DNA of 64,000 nucleotides from the human T2T-CHM13v2.0 reference genome, Homo sapiens (GCF_009914755.1 NC_060936.1); one strand, 5' to 3'. Positions 12,851-27,161 are shown, counted from the first letter of the stretch. Program-made: numbers and translations. The notes: generated from the sequence alone by a model not told the origin.

Positions 12851-13123
12851 GATAGTGAGTAATATTTTGAACATTTTGAGTTTAAGGTCTCTGTGGTATA
12901 TCCAAGTGGAATTTCTTATATGGAGCTGGAAAGAGGAATCCAGTGCCAAGTTTAAAAAAATGTTATCTAATGATATAGATTTAAGGAGGTATTGATATAT
13001 TCATAGTTGGAGCTGTGGAGTATGGAGGAGTCCCTGAGGGAAGGATGATCAGACTGAGAAGAAAAAAGTGGTCAGGGAGGGGGAAAGTCAAGAATAGAAC
13101 ATAGGAAAAGGGGAGAAACTTAG

Positions 13124-13781
<658 letters not shown>

Positions 13782-13935
13782 AGGAATTCACTGATTTTTA
13801 AAAATTTAACATGTAAGTAGTGGCTCACATCATCTGCTATAAGATACAGAAGCAAGAATCCTGAGGTGACTGATGAAGGTTTGAAATGGTCACCGAGGGC
13901 TGAAGGAAAAGGAACAGACTAAGGATGAGTTAAAA

Positions 13936-14100
13936 GGCCCGGTGAAGCGGCCCATACCTGTAATCCCAGCACTTTGGGAGGCCAAGGTGGAAGGATCACT
14001 TGAGGCCAGGAGTTCAAGGCTACAGGGAGCTATGATCGCATCACTGCACTTCAGCCTGGGCAACAGAGCGAGACCCAATCTCTAAAAACAACAACAACAA
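13936..14100 (+). mobile_element. Alu monomer (FRAM/FAM-like) with (CAA)n tail
   Basis: Single ~150-nt arm with an Alu 5' start and the right-arm segment (ggctacagggagctatgatcgcatcactgcac). Confidence 0.8.
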
Positions 14101-14344
14101 AGGATTGCTGAGTTGTTCCTGGAGCTTAGCTGAACTTATTCTAATATTCTTCTGAGGATTTTAGAAAATTCTAAATTCAAATTTTAGAAAACTAAAATTC
14201 TCTAAAAAGAATAGAAATGCTTGATAATTAATTGTAAATCTATGTATCTCATTCTTTCATGATGAGAGGAATGTGTATATTAGTACTACTCATGAATTAG
14301 ATCACAATTTGTAGCCTTGTTTTATATTTTTAAAAAACCATTCT

Positions 14345-14557
<213 letters not shown>

Positions 14558-16162
14558 AAAAAACCATTCTGAATTTTAAACAACTAACTAAGAAGCAAAC
14601 TTTGGCACATGACCCGCTAACGATTCTTCTATCTTTTAATATCCATTATTATCTGGTCCCACTTATTATCCAACCTTATTTTTTACTCTGTAACGTCTGT
14701 CTGGCTTCTAACTAGCTCTTACTGACTTACTTTTTGGCCTCCAATTATGATCTTCTTCTGATATCTGAAATTCCAGTCCTCTCTCTTGTGCTTCCTCCAA
14801 TAGTACTTATCCTTAGAGACTGTGTGCATCGTTCACCCGTAATGACCAGTCTATCTCACTTCTTTGAATTCCTGTGTCCCTTATACCTGCACCACCATCT
14901 AAGGGATCCCTTAACTGTGAGTTAACTTATGTCATTCTCTATAGCTCCTAATGCATTAGGTTGCTCAGAGGTCCCATTCACTCATTTTTATTATCTTTTC
15001 TGTGCCACACCTTCTGTAACCCAGTGCTGTATATAAAGTCATGTTCAAAACACATGTAGTCCTTATTTTTACTTCTGAATCTTCCACATCACAAAATGCA
15101 CTACAGAATCTATAACAGGCACCTAATAATACATGCTGTTTATTATGACATGATGCAAGATATTTGTCAAGGCTACTAGACCTGATGCTGATGTTGAAGT
15201 CTGGAGTAAAAATCCAGGATTCCTCTGTACTAGATATACTAGAATGTGCTTTTTCTTGAAAATTCTTTAGTAAGTCCAAGCTGCTTTCCAGAGAACAAAG
15301 AGATGCTGAGTGGGAGAAGACTGATTTTAGGCTTGGAACATAAATGCTTCAGGTGATAACAGACATTTGTCCAACTAATGAATGGGCAGAGAAACCAAAA
15401 TACAGGCTGCAAAAGATTCTGAAATTGCAGGTCACCATGCTGAGAGAGTACAGAAGGGAGCATTCTGGCTTTCCTGGAAACTAAAAGACACCCCAAGTCT
15501 GTAGCAATTTATTGTAAACTTGAAGGCACCTACTGAGCTGTCTTATATGTAGAAATAATATAGTTTATGGAGGTCCTGGGACCCACTCAAGGTGAAATTA
15601 AACAGATTTTAAAACTTCCTGCTTAGAATTTGTTGTGTAAGATGGGGGAAGGGGAGAATGAACCAATGGACTTACGACTTACATTACGAACATTAGGGTC
15701 TTTTTCCTCCTATGGACAAAGAGTGGAGAAAATCTGTTCTGAGATCAATAATGGCTCTTTCCTCTACATGCAAAATAGCATTGTTACATGTGCCTGTGGG
15801 TGTGTGTATGGTGTGGGGATGCTAACTCTGTATTGGGGTGAATGTTAACTGGCAGGGACTAAGTAATTATGGGACTAATAAACAGATTAAATATGATTCT
15901 GGGATGAGAATTTTTATGAAAGACAAAATGAAAAGGGACACAATGAGTGAAGGAGTTGAAAGAATAACTTTTTCCTGGATCACTTTCTCCTTGTATTTCT
16001 GTTTTTCTTCACTTTTCTCATGCCCAGTTGAAAGCATCTAAATTTCTGTGGGAGAGGAAGTGGGGCAGAAGAGGGCCACGGACAGGGAATTTGGAGTTAG
16101 TCAGGAGAAGCTTGTGCAGCAGCCTGGAGAATTTGACCAAGCCTGGAAGGTTTGGGAGAGAT

Positions 16163-16223
16163 GAGTTCAAGTGTTCAGTGGCGAGTTCAAGTGTGTTCAG
16201 TGGTAAGTTCAAGTGTTTGGTGG
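16163..16223. repeat. Three imperfect copies of a ~20-bp unit GAGTTCAAGTGTTCAGTGG
   Basis: Directly visible. Confidence 0.8.
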
Positions 16224-17119
16224 ATATAGGAATACTGGATGCGGGAACAAGCCCGGAGCCTTGGAGACCTTCGGGGAGAGAAATTTCATCCTGCACCTGC
16301 AGATGATCACTGTTGAACTAGCCATAAAGAGACTGGGACTTCATTTGATACTCAGAATAACTCTGCAAGGAACAGATTAGCACTATTTCTATTTTTCAGA
16401 CAAGGCAGCTGATTCCTAAAGTGACACTTGGCTAGATGGGGAAATCAGGAGGTGAGCCTCACTTTTTAAAATATACAAGCCCCTTTCTCTTTCCACCAAC
16501 GCATATGAACTCATGTAATATCCATAGGTGGAAAGAAGAAGAAATTTTGAGTTAGATGGTTTGACCTGGGCAACCTTCACATCTTCCATGATTTCATCTC
16601 TACCCAAGGCTTCACTTAATCTAGGTTTGACTTGTCTTCTGAGGTCCATATTTAAAGTTATGACTATCTGTTGGGATCTCCACCTGGATAACTTTCCCCT
16701 GAATCAGTTTTTTCGCATATCTCCTGTTCCTCACTAAAGATTTTCTAGGACCCAGGTTTAAAAGCTTAGAGTTGCCTTTGACTCCTCCCTACCCCTTTCA
16801 CTTCACCGGCATACCTATCAATTATTTATCTCGAAGTTTTTCAGAATTATCCCTTCTTTTCTCCTCCTCCTCCTCCTTTTTCTCTTTTACCACTTTACCT
16901 ATAATTGTGACCCTCATTACTTCTCCCCTGGACAGTTGTATAATCCCCCTACTTGGTATCCTTAATTGCATCCCCTTCAACTTTCTTTAATTCATCATAA
17001 GCCTCATTGACAAATGGATTACTCTGAGTTTCAGCTTCAGACATATAGCTTTTCTACTCAGAAACCTTGAATAGCTCCCCATTGTTTAGTAAACTAAGTA
17101 CAAACTCACCAAATTTAAT

Positions 17120-17345
17120 AGATAATATTTATTGAGCATTTACTATATTCCAGGCACTGACCAAAGCACATGAATTCTTTCATTTAGTCCTCAAAACAAC
17201 CTATGAGATAGGCCTTTCTATTGTTCTCACTGTACAGAAAAGGTAATTGAGGACCCGGGCTACTAAATAACTTGCCCAACACACAACAAAAATGTAACTC
17301 AACCCAGGCACCTGATTTCAGAGCCAGCACATGATGTTGCCATTC
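17120..17345 (-). mobile_element. MIR SINE
   Basis: tttattgagcatttactat..ccaggcactg; cctcaaaacaacctatgagatagg; aataacttgcccaa. Confidence 0.8.
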
Positions 17346-18799
17346 CAATTTAGTTGCCACTTTTTGGAGGTGAAGATTAGGCTCATAGTAGCCAAATCTA
17401 TACATATAATGTTCAAAAATGTCTTCTAAATGTCATTTATGATTTTTTCCCCGCCTAAAACCCAAAGTGTAAAATTCTACTTATCTTTAAAGACCCATTC
17501 CAATTCTATCTACTTCATAACATTGGTTACGGTCCCTCCAACAGATGTGGCCTCCTCCTCCTTTGAATCAAATAACATAATAATTTGTTCACTTCATCTT
17601 TTGCCCCTTGTTAAATGCCCTTCTCTTCTGAGGCAGGAGCTGTTTTCTTACCCATACATTTTGAAGTGCATTAAATTGGATGGTTGGATACAAAGTTCCC
17701 AGAAAAACTGCCGCGGCTCCAGGTATCAAATTCTGTGCCCCATGTCTATGCAGATCTTAATCTATACACAGTTTAGAGCTGAGGGCCCCTGAGCAGAGTA
17801 GATGGGTTACAGACCATCCAGGCCATAATCTGTTGGGGCTTCTGCCAGTGTAAACAGATGATTATTGGAGGATAAACTTTGGCTATATGAGTCTAGTTTT
17901 AAAGGACTAAAAAAAGGAAAGGGCCTCCCTAAACTAAATAACTTTGCTTTAGTTAGAAAGTCTAAGCTAATTGTTTTCAAAGCCCTTTCTAATCCTTCTA
18001 ATTAGGCACAGGATCGTCTCCAACTTTTTTTCTTGATTTTGTCTCTGAGTGACACATTGAAAGTTAATTTCAGGGCAGAGTCAAGTTTTACACTTCAATT
18101 TACAATGTACAAAAAACTTAATTGACAAATAATGTTGACTGAACTGGAATATTGAGGAGTTATCTTAGTGATTCAGACTCAAGTTAATCTTTCACCAGAA
18201 ATGTCAAAACAAAACAAAATACGAACCACGGGGTCATGTGTACTGACTCTTGAGATGCTAGGATTCTGGTGCACTCCTTGGAGCTCAAACACACAAAACT
18301 GAAAAGAAATAGAAAGAATCCCTACTTGATTATTAATTCAAGTAGTATTTATAGAGTACCTACGATGTGGTAGGGATGGCATACAACACTAGAAATACAT
18401 TGCCGAATATAAAATATCAGATCCCTGACCTCCTCAGTTTACAGTGTTCACTGTGCGTAACATTGGACTGACAGAAGCACTAGCTTACCTTAGTATGGAA
18501 GTGCTTGTGTTCTCTTGTTCCTTTTTTTTTTAATGGAATGAGTCAGCTGTTCGGTCCTCCACTGAAGCCTGAAGTTAAACTTTCTAATCTTTAAATTTGT
18601 ATGGTTATTTACACATATCCATTGATTTTCTTCTTCAATTACACCAATTTTCACGATGATTATCCCCCAGAAAGTTAAGAATCTTGTAGGTGCCAATCAC
18701 TACGTTTAAAATAAGTTGAGCTAAACACGTATTCTGAGGTTTTCAACAGTTTTATTTTAAAAAATTGTTTAATGTGTCCTGAGCTGCTCTTTAATGCAG

Positions 18800-18818
18800 C
18801 CGTCAGTAGATGGCAGCA
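18800..18818 (+). promoter_or_regulatory. Candidate CTCF binding site
   Basis: CCGTCAGTAGATGGCAGCA matches 13 of 14 positions of the CCASYAGRKGGCRS core and lies in non-repeat sequence. Motif only, no occupancy data. Confidence 0.6.
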
Positions 18819-18848
18819 CATTACTCTTTGCTCACTCTTCATGGGTTC

Positions 18849-18899
18849 AGGGGAAAGGAGAGAAGAGAGAGCGAGAGAGAGCGAGCGAGAGAGCGAGAG

Positions 18900-18936
<37 letters not shown>

Positions 18937-19022
18937 GAGAGAGAGGAGAGGAGAGGAGGGGAGGGGAGGGGAGGGGAGAAGAGGGGAGGGGAGGAGAGGA
19001 GAAAGAGGGAGAGAGAGAGAGG
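18849..19022 (+). repeat. Compound GA/GAGC/GAGGA/GGGGA purine tract
   Basis: Purine-only from 18903 to 19022. Four consecutive G4 runs with 1-nt loops at 18958-18976. Confidence 0.95.
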
Positions 19023-19619
19023 CTTTTCAACACACCCTGTTTTGGAAAGACAGCTCTAACTAGATTACAGAGGAACAGTTTCCATATCTAATCCTCACTA
19101 TCTCAAAGATGTTGCTTTAATTCTACACACTATTTTGTATTTGTAGTGCCTTTATTTTAAATTCCATACACATTATCTCATCGTCAATATGCCATTATAT
19201 GTACCATATTAGCTTTATTTAGATTTTCAGTAATATAGGTCGAATGTAGCTTTTTGTGATTAAACAGCCCCATTAAAAGACGAAAACTCTGAGTAATGTG
19301 AACTCATTTTGGAAAGCTGTCTCTGAGCCGATATTGAACATTAGGGATCAGAGGACTAGGGAGAAATTGTCTTTGTTATGTCAGCTTTCAGTATTACCGC
19401 ACCTCCTCAGAATGAAGCAGAAATAAAAATCACTACTCTATTATTCAGCCATTTTGACCTTGTACCTTTCCAAGGATTTTTATCCATGCCAGTGTTTTGA
19501 GAGAAAGGGGAAATGTTTGCACTTTAGACAAACTCAGAATAATTCTGAAGGCATGTGAACCGCTTAGCTTTCAACACAAAAAGGCTTCTAAGCTTCCGAA
19601 AATGTGCAAAAACAAGTAA

Positions 19620-20070
19620 TCAGTTCAATCCAACAAATACTTATTGTTCATTTCTTTAATTATGCAACAAACATTTTTTGACTGTTGTTCTTTAAAAGGT
19701 ATTATGCTGGGTGCTGTAGAAATACCAAATGAGCATGACATACTTCCTGCCCTCAGGTAATTGTTCTAAGGCAGAGAGAGTAAGGCATATATACAAACAA
19801 ATATAAGGCGTATGTTCAATAAACACTTGTTACATGATTGAATGGCCATAAGACAGCTGTAAAAATGTGCTATGGGATTTCAAAGAGGGAAATCATGTAT
19901 ACAGGTTAGAAAAAGGTACATGGAAGACATGGTCCTGACATGGCTTTAGAAGAAAGATATAATTGAGGGGTCAGGGAGAATGAGGGCACTCTAGGTGATT
20001 GGAACACCAGGAACACAAAAAGGAACTGTCCTTATGAAAGGGCAGTTAGTCCAGTTTGGCAGGAGGCTAG
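19620..20070 (-). mobile_element. L2 3' fragments
   Basis: ttcaatccaacaaatactta / caacaaacattt..., atgctgggtgctg, cctgccctcagg, gtgctatggga. Boundaries approximate. Confidence 0.6.
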
Positions 20071-20889
20071 ATCAGGCATCAGCCTCCCACTTAAAGAATC
20101 AACAAGACACACCACGGGACATAACCTCTTGGCAGCACATTTACCAAAGCAGAAGTTAAGGCACAGAATTCTACAACCAGAACTTTAACCAGACCCTCCA
20201 GGGTGGACTTCGACATTCAGAGCCCAGTCCCTTGTGTGGTACAGGCAAGCTCCTTGTTTTTTCTTAGCAACCAATAGATAACAATTTTTATTTATTTAGA
20301 ACAATGACTTTTTAAAAAGGCAAATATTTATTATTTAAAAATTCAAGCAATTCTGAAAAATATGAATTTTAAAAATAGTCTAAATTTCACCACGTAGGAA
20401 ATAATTTCAGACCTCTTTCTTGCATATATACAGATGGAGGGCTGGCTGGCTAAGAATAATTTTGCAAAAATGAGACCATACTGTTCATGCTAATTTTACA
20501 TTAAAGTATTAAATTTAATTATACTTGAATTTTCAAAGAAGAAAAAGAAACCATGATTAAAAATGAGGAGTTATGGAAACTTACGTAAATGTTTCTTAAT
20601 TTTAGTTGTTTAAAAAATGTGTAATATATTCACATAGGACAAATTTCAAAAGCTATATGTTGGTGAAAAGCCAGTGAAAATTCTCCATCCCATTCTGTCT
20701 TCCAACTACCCGCTTTCCTTTCCCAGAGTTATCAGCGATACCAGTTTCTTGTCCAACTTTCCAATGATTTCAGTCTTTAAAAAATTTCTTTACAGCAGAG
20801 ATATTAGTTCTCAAGATTAAAAGACAAAAGATTATAAAAAAGTCTTTAAAAATTGAAGCCATTATTTTTTAATAAATTTTACTGTTTTA

Positions 20890-21095
20890 TTATAATAGTA
20901 GTATCTAATGCTGGATATAATGCTAAGAACTTCACATAGGTTATTTCATCTGATACCCAAACATCATCATCCTCATCTTACCAGTAAGGGAACAAGGAAG
21001 GTTAAATAATTTGTCTAAAGCTCAAAATGAGAATTAGCAGAGCCATGATTCAAGCTCCAGAGGTCTAATTCCTGAACTACTCACTACACACACTG
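20890..21095 (-). mobile_element. MIR SINE
   Basis: tgctaagaacttcacata; ggttaaataatttgtctaaag; gcagagccatgattcaa. Confidence 0.7.
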
Positions 21096-21275
21096 TTTTC
21101 TTTGAATACTGAGTATAATCCCAGTGCTTTTACCCTATCATGTCCATTCATTCCTTGTGTAGCTTGATATAATCTCTTGTAGTTTTTCCCTAGAAGGGCT
21201 ATATCTGCTAAGGCCTTTTATGCTTCAGCATGTGTGCTTATTGCTTTTATCCTCAAACAAGACTGTGTAGATAAT

Positions 21276-21539
21276 ATTTTTAAAGACAGGGTTTTGCTCT
21301 CGTCCTGGCTGGAGTGCTATGGCGTGATCATAGCTCACCGCAGCCTTGAACTCCTGGGCTCAGCGATTCTCACACCTCAGTGTTCCAAGCAGCTGGGACC
21401 ACAGGCATGCACCACCATGCCTGGCTAATTTTTTGCAGAGATGAGGTCTTGCTGGTCTCAGACTTCTGGCCTCAAGAAATCCTTCTGCCTCATCCTCCCA
21501 AAGAGCTGGGATTACACGTGTGAACCACTGCACCCAGCC
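21276..21539 (-). mobile_element. AluJ, degraded
   Basis: agacagggttttgctct..gatcatagctcaccgcagccttgaactcctgggctc. Confidence 0.85.
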
Positions 21540-21554
21540 TGTCGGGGTATTCTT

Positions 21555-22077
21555 TCTTTTTTTTTTTTTTTTAATACTTTAAGTTCTGGGATACATGTGC
21601 AGAACGTGCAGCTTTGTTACATAGGTATACATGTGCCATGGTGGTTTGCTGTACCCATCAACTGTCGTCTAGGTTTTAAGCCCTGCATGTATTAGGTATT
21701 TGTCCTAATGCTCTCCCTCCCCTTGCCCCCAACCTCCCGCCTGACAGGCCCTGGTGTGTGATGTTCCCCTCCCTGTGTCCATGTGTTCTCATTGTTCTCC
21801 CACTTATGAGTGAGAACATGCGGTGTTTGGTTTTCTGTTCCTGTGTTAGTTTGCTGAGAATGATGGTTTTCAGCTTCATCCATGTCCCTGCAAAGGACAT
21901 GAACTCATTCTTTTTTATGGCTGCATAGTGTGTATGTGCCACATTTTCTTTATCCAGCCTATCATTGATGGGCATTTGGGTTGGTTCCAAGTCTTTGCTA
22001 TTGTGAATAGTACTTCAATAAACATACATGTGCAAGTGTCTTTATAGTAGAATGATTTATAATCCTTTGGGTATATA
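21555..22077 (-). mobile_element. 5'-truncated L1PA 3' end (L1PA8-like)
   Basis: Poly-T followed by an antisense L1 3'UTR with ggttttaagccctgcatg. 17-bp TSD CCTGTC(G/T)GGGTATTCTT at 21538-21554 and 22078-22094. Confidence 0.9.
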
Positions 22078-23269
22078 CCTGTCTGGGTATTCTTCAGTCA
22101 CACTTTCTTTTACTCAGAATTCTGTAGACACAGCTCCATTATCTTCTGGCACTGACTGTTGTAGAGAAGTCTAAGCTAGCCTAATTTTTTTCTCCCATGT
22201 AGGTGACTTGTTTTTCTACCTCCATTCTTCTACCTCTTATAGATCATTAACCTAATGCCATTCTTATAACACCAAAGGTCATTAACCTAACCAAGCTGTT
22301 ATCTGTTTTAATTACTCCACATCAGTTTTTCCTGAAAGATTTGTTTTATTTTTATTTTATATACTTTTCTTTCAACTCCGAAGTGCTTAGTTCATTAATA
22401 TGTGGGAAACTTTTTTTAAAAAATATTTTTCTCTGTTTCATTTTTTTGGTTCTCTACTTCAGAGACATCAATTATCCCTGGGTGAAATCATCTTTATCTC
22501 TCTTTCACATCGATTCCTCTCTACTTGTAAAAATTTTTTCTCTTTTTTTCTTAATTTGCAATAACAATATCAAATCTTCCCTCTCTGTCACTGCTGCAAT
22601 TCCATTTTCAGCCTATTTTATTCTTGCTCTGCCCAATTTATTAGTTCTCTCATGGTGTTGTTTTGGTCCTCAATTTGTAGTCTCAGCTCAGCTGTTTCCC
22701 ATTTTACCTCTTGTTTTATCATTTTGCTTTTGAGAGCTTATTACGTTTTTCTATACTGTGAAATGCTGGCAGGAGTTTTTTCTAACTGTGGAGTTATATT
22801 TTCTTCCAGACTGGGCCCTTTATTTGTCTTTTATATGCTTGTTCTTATCTGTTCTCCGCTTTTGTTTTTTGCTAGAATATATTTGTGTAATCATTGTATC
22901 ATTTATTTTCCTCTTGCTCATGCTTAACAGGGGAAGTGTTTACCAAGACCTTCTACTTAATTTGAGATATTATGAATAAATTCTTCTTTATCTTCTTCCT
23001 ATACTATTTAGTATATGTTCTTGTCCCCTCCAAGTTACACATGAGGACCAGATAGAAATAGACATCAGCTGGAGCTATGACCAGGCTTGAGGGAAGATCA
23101 TTGTATACCTATTGAATCACACACACACACACGCACATTGCAATGTTATACATTAATTCCCAGAGATGGTAAAAATCTACACTTATATTTAAAAAGAGAA
23201 ACACTGTCCTGACTATAACCTGCACAGCTGCTTGAGCAAACACAGAGATGTTCCTTCCATTATTACACA

Positions 23270-23720
23270 GGAGGCAGAATAATCTGGTAGTAGAAAGCAC
23301 AGCCCCCTAGGTTCAAATCCTAGCTTTGCCACTTACAATCTGTAGCCAAGAACAAGGTACTTCTATTTTTTAAGCCTTGGCTTCCTAATATATAAATTAG
23401 GGATGATAATAGGACCTACCCTTAGGGCTATTTTTGCTTTTACTTTTTGAGACAGAGTCTTGCTATGTTGTCCAGGCTGGAGTGCAGTGGTGTGATCTTG
23501 GCTCACTGCAACCTCTGGGTTCAAGCAATTCTCCTGCCTCAGCCTCCTGAGTAGCTGGGACTACAGGCACGCACCACCATGCCCAGCTAATTTTTGTATT
23601 TTTAGTAGAGACGGGGGCCAGGGCTATTATGAATAACAAATGAATTTGAACATAGGAAGTCTTTGGCACAGTGCCTGGCATACAGTAACTACTCAATAAA
23701 TGTCAGCTATTATTATTATT
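23270..23720 (+). mobile_element. MIR interrupted by a truncated Alu
   Basis: ggttcaaatcctagctttgccactta ... gcacagtgcctggcatacagtaactactcaataaatgtcagctattatt. Confidence 0.85.
23433..23619 (-). mobile_element. 5'-truncated AluS inside the MIR
   Basis: Right arm plus linker. TSD AGGGCTATT at 23424-23432 and 23620-23628. Confidence 0.88.
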
Positions 23721-23844
23721 AAAAAGAGTAGCAGTTTTCTTTTGTTCATCCTCCTGCTTTCAGGCTTTGATGGGAACCTTCATGAGTGATGGAGACTGAA
23801 GAGTCATCTACTTTTTGATAGTATGTCTTGGCTAAACAAGAACT

Positions 23845-24720
23845 GCAAGGAGGTCTAAAAGTAAATGCATGGGTCACTCATACATTGCTGGTGAAAATGT
23901 TAATGGTACACTCTGGAAAATAAATTGGCAGTTTCTTAAAAAACTAAGCATGAAACTACCATTCAATCTAGCAACTGCACTTTTAGGCATTTATCTCAGA
24001 GAAATGAAAATAAAAAATATGTACACAATTATTCATAGCAGCTTTATTCATAATAGCAAAAAACTGGAATGAGCTCAGATGTCCTTCAACAGAAGACCAG
24101 TTAAAAAAATTGCTGTACATACATATTGTAGAATACTACTCAGCAATAATAAGGATCAAGCTATGGATACATGCAGCAATTTGGATTAATCTCTGGGGAA
24201 TTATGCAGATGAAATAAAAAATCAATTCTAAAGGTTACATGTCGTGTGATCCACTTATATAATATAACATAATATATATTATATAAGGCAAATTTATGAA
24301 TGGACAACAGATTAGTGATTGCCAGATCTTAGAGATGGGGGAGAGAATAAGGGAGATGGATGTGGCTATGAAAAAACAACATGAGAGGTCGTTGTAGTGT
24401 TGTCACATTATCTTGACTGTGGTGGTGGATACACAGACCTACACAGTTGATAAAATCACATTGAACTTAATACACACAAACATAAAAACACAAATGCAAA
24501 TGAATAAAAGTAAAAATGTAAGACTTGGGAAATCAGAATAAGATAGGCGGGTTGTATCAATGTCAATATACTGCTTAGGATAGTTTACTATAGTTTCTAA
24601 AATATTACCATTGGTGAAAACTGGACAAAATGTACAGGGATCTCTTTGTATTATTTCTACAACTATGTGTGAATCTACAATTGTCTCAGTAAAAGTGTCA
24701 ATTGAAAAATGAAGATTAAA
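23845..24720 (+). mobile_element. L1MC-class 3' end (L1MC1-like)
   Basis: cactcatacattgctggtgaaaatg (ORF2 end); 3' end gatctctttgtattatttctacaactatgtgtgaatctacaattgtctca. Confidence 0.8.
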
Positions 24721-25068
24721 AAATACTGCCTTATCCCTTCCCTCTTCTCCCCCAAAGTAAATTTCTTTCTCTCCTTTTGGGGTCTCAACAAATTTTTAGG
24801 CAAAGAATTTTTCTGTAATCTCTGTGGAGGAAGGGGGAACATGTGAGAATATATTGTATTCTTTGGTCCTAACAACTTCCCAATCCGGTGGTGTGGATGG
24901 GGGTGCTGTCAAGGGGTGTTCTTTCAGCTTAAGGAGTATAGAATGGGAGCAGGAAAAGAGTCTCTAAAGGTTCTTGAGCCAAGGATGATGTGAGGTGTTT
25001 GGAGCTGTGTCACAGAAAGAATAACCCTGGTGGCACTGTGTTTAGTAGAGTAGAGGAGATTGAGTCAG

Positions 25069-25216
25069 TGTATTAGTCTGTTCTCACACTGTTAATAAAG
25101 ACACACCAGAGACTGGGTAATTTATAAAGAAAAAGAGGTTTAATGGACTCACAGTTTCACATGGCTGGGGAGGTCTCACAATCATGGCGTAAAGCAAAGG
25201 AGGAGCAAAGGCATGT
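25069..25216 (-). mobile_element. THE1 (MaLR) LTR fragment, 3' ~150 bp only
   Basis: tgtattagtctgttctcacactgttaataaagacacacc..gactgggtaatttataaagaaaaagaggtttaatggactcacag. Confidence 0.85.
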
Positions 25217-25574
25217 TTGGAATATCCCCTTTGCAAAGCACTTATATTATTTGGGATTCTGACACATCTCCTTTTTGACATCAGTTTATCTACTTCAAGT
25301 TGATTCAGATACATGAAGACTGGGGAGTAAAGGGATGGATAAGAGACTGTGAATTTTAGTGGTAGAGGAGGGGCTTAGGAAATGACCAAAATATATTGAG
25401 CTGCCCCTGGAGGCAGGTATGACGGGCTGCATTAATAGGGCTTAGGGCCATCCAAGAAACCACTTGAGGACACTAGAGGGTGTGAAAGTTGCAGACACCA
25501 GGATAAAGTCACTTTTGTCAGAACCAAACAAGTTCAAGTCAGGAAAGCATGAAGGAGGAGGGCCTGTGTTTGTG

Positions 25575-26013
25575 TGTCAGAGATCAAACTGTATTAAGCA
25601 CTTTCTAAAATAATTCCGTGAGAAATTCCTTCTCATCTCTCACACATCTCATGCTTTTCATGATCTACATTTTGTACATATGCATGTATTTCTATGACCA
25701 GGTTTATCACTAGACATTGTTTAGAACTGCAGCAGTTCAGATAAGATGCTCTTAAAAGAACACTTTGCCCAGTATCGGCATCCCCTCCAGTGAACTGATG
25801 CCAAGTCTGGCTTTGAGCCTCTGGAACCAATGAGCTCTCTTTCCAAGATGCTTAAACTTCTTTTTGCCAATAAAAGCTTCCCTTATCCCCACCTCTTCGA
25901 AAGCATCTGTGGCTTTCTATAGCTGTGCATTCTGGACTACGACCCTCTTTGCTTACACCCCAATAAACTCATTAAATTAGAATATATTTTTATCTGATGT
26001 TTTTTAGGCTGAC
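25575..26013 (+). mobile_element. ERV1-class solo LTR (MER34/MER39-like)
   Basis: PolyA signal cccaataaactc and terminus ttttaggctgaca. 5' boundary and family are uncertain. Confidence 0.55.
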
Positions 26014-26049
26014 AAGGACTAGGGGAGACCTTGGGAAATAACATGTACA

Positions 26050-26270
26050 GTCTTATACATTCTTTGCATATATTATTTCCTTAAACCTTATAACAACCTT
26101 CTGTGAACCAAGTGCTGTTATTACCATTTTAAAGAGAAGAAGGCTGAGGCTTAAATAACTTAAGCCATTTGTCCAGGAGCACATAGTTTGCAAGTTGCAG
26201 AGCCAGGATGTGATTGGAGAGCTTCTGAACCCCAATTCAGGACTTCCCCACTGTGCCACACTACCTTCTT
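26050..26270 (-). mobile_element. MIR SINE
   Basis: aacaaccttctgtg..ccatttta..ggctgaggcttaaataact..gcagagccagga. Confidence 0.7.
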
Positions 26271-26329
26271 GGATTAAAGGCCACTTTGTCTGAGCCCCCA
26301 ATCTAAAACAGTCCACTTATTTTTCTCTC

Positions 26330-26545
26330 TTGTACTGTCTATACTTTCTTGTTTCAGGACTAAGTAGGATTTGTAGTAACAGATTTATTTGTGTGATACT
26401 TTTTTAAAGATGGTTTCTCTACCAGGCTGTAAGTGCCACATAAAAGGGCAGGGACCATGTCGTTCTGTTTATTTCTGTATTCTCAGAGTCTTGCACATAC
26501 CTGACATGTAGTAGGTGCTTAATAAATACTTGAATAAATGCTTAG
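26330..26545 (+). mobile_element. L2 3' end
   Basis: ggcagggaccatgtc..cctgacatgtagtaggtgcttaataaatacttgaataaatg. Confidence 0.8.
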
Positions 26546-26627
26546 GGGAAAAAAGTTTATTTGACTTTTACTAAACCATCTTTGTCATTAGAAAATTTTA
26601 GTTATGCTAGATAAAGTTTTAATCCAG

Positions 26628-26667
26628 AAATCCACTTTAATAATTTTAAATCCACTTTAATAATTTT
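26628..26667. repeat. Perfect 20-bp tandem duplication AAATCCACTTTAATAATTTT x2
   Basis: Directly visible. Confidence 0.9.
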
Positions 26668-27161
26668 AAAAAGTCTTAAAACTTGTTGGTATGATTCAGG
26701 GTTTTTTCTTTAGAGAAAAAAAGAATGTTTATAATTGGCACTCCACTGAGTTTTTGTAATCTCTTTGTCAAAGAGAGTTGACATTGTTCCACTCATTTGT
26801 GTAATTGGCACCTTTCTCTCTCTCTCTCTCTCAAGATACTTTATTAATAAAGTAAATAAATACTGGTGGCTCCGCATATAAAGTTGAAAATGTCATTTCA
26901 TTAGTGGAGGGTCAGAGGTAGAGAATATAAATGACGGTTATTGTCCTTTGCTGTGCATTAGGTGCTTTCTGTATCTTATCTGGTTTATTCTTTTCAACAA
27001 TTATGAGAGATAACCATAACTTTTCCCATTTTACAGATGAGAGGACTGATGACCAAAATATTAACTAATTTGCTAAGGGCATTGGATAACAGAAAGGATC
27101 AGATGATCAAATCAGCCTCACATGGATCAGAGATCTTACACAGTAGCAAGGTTTACTAATA

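Noticed and set aside
18772-19091. Arg/Glu/Gly-rich ORFs in three frames
   Set aside because: Produced by the stop-free GA tract.
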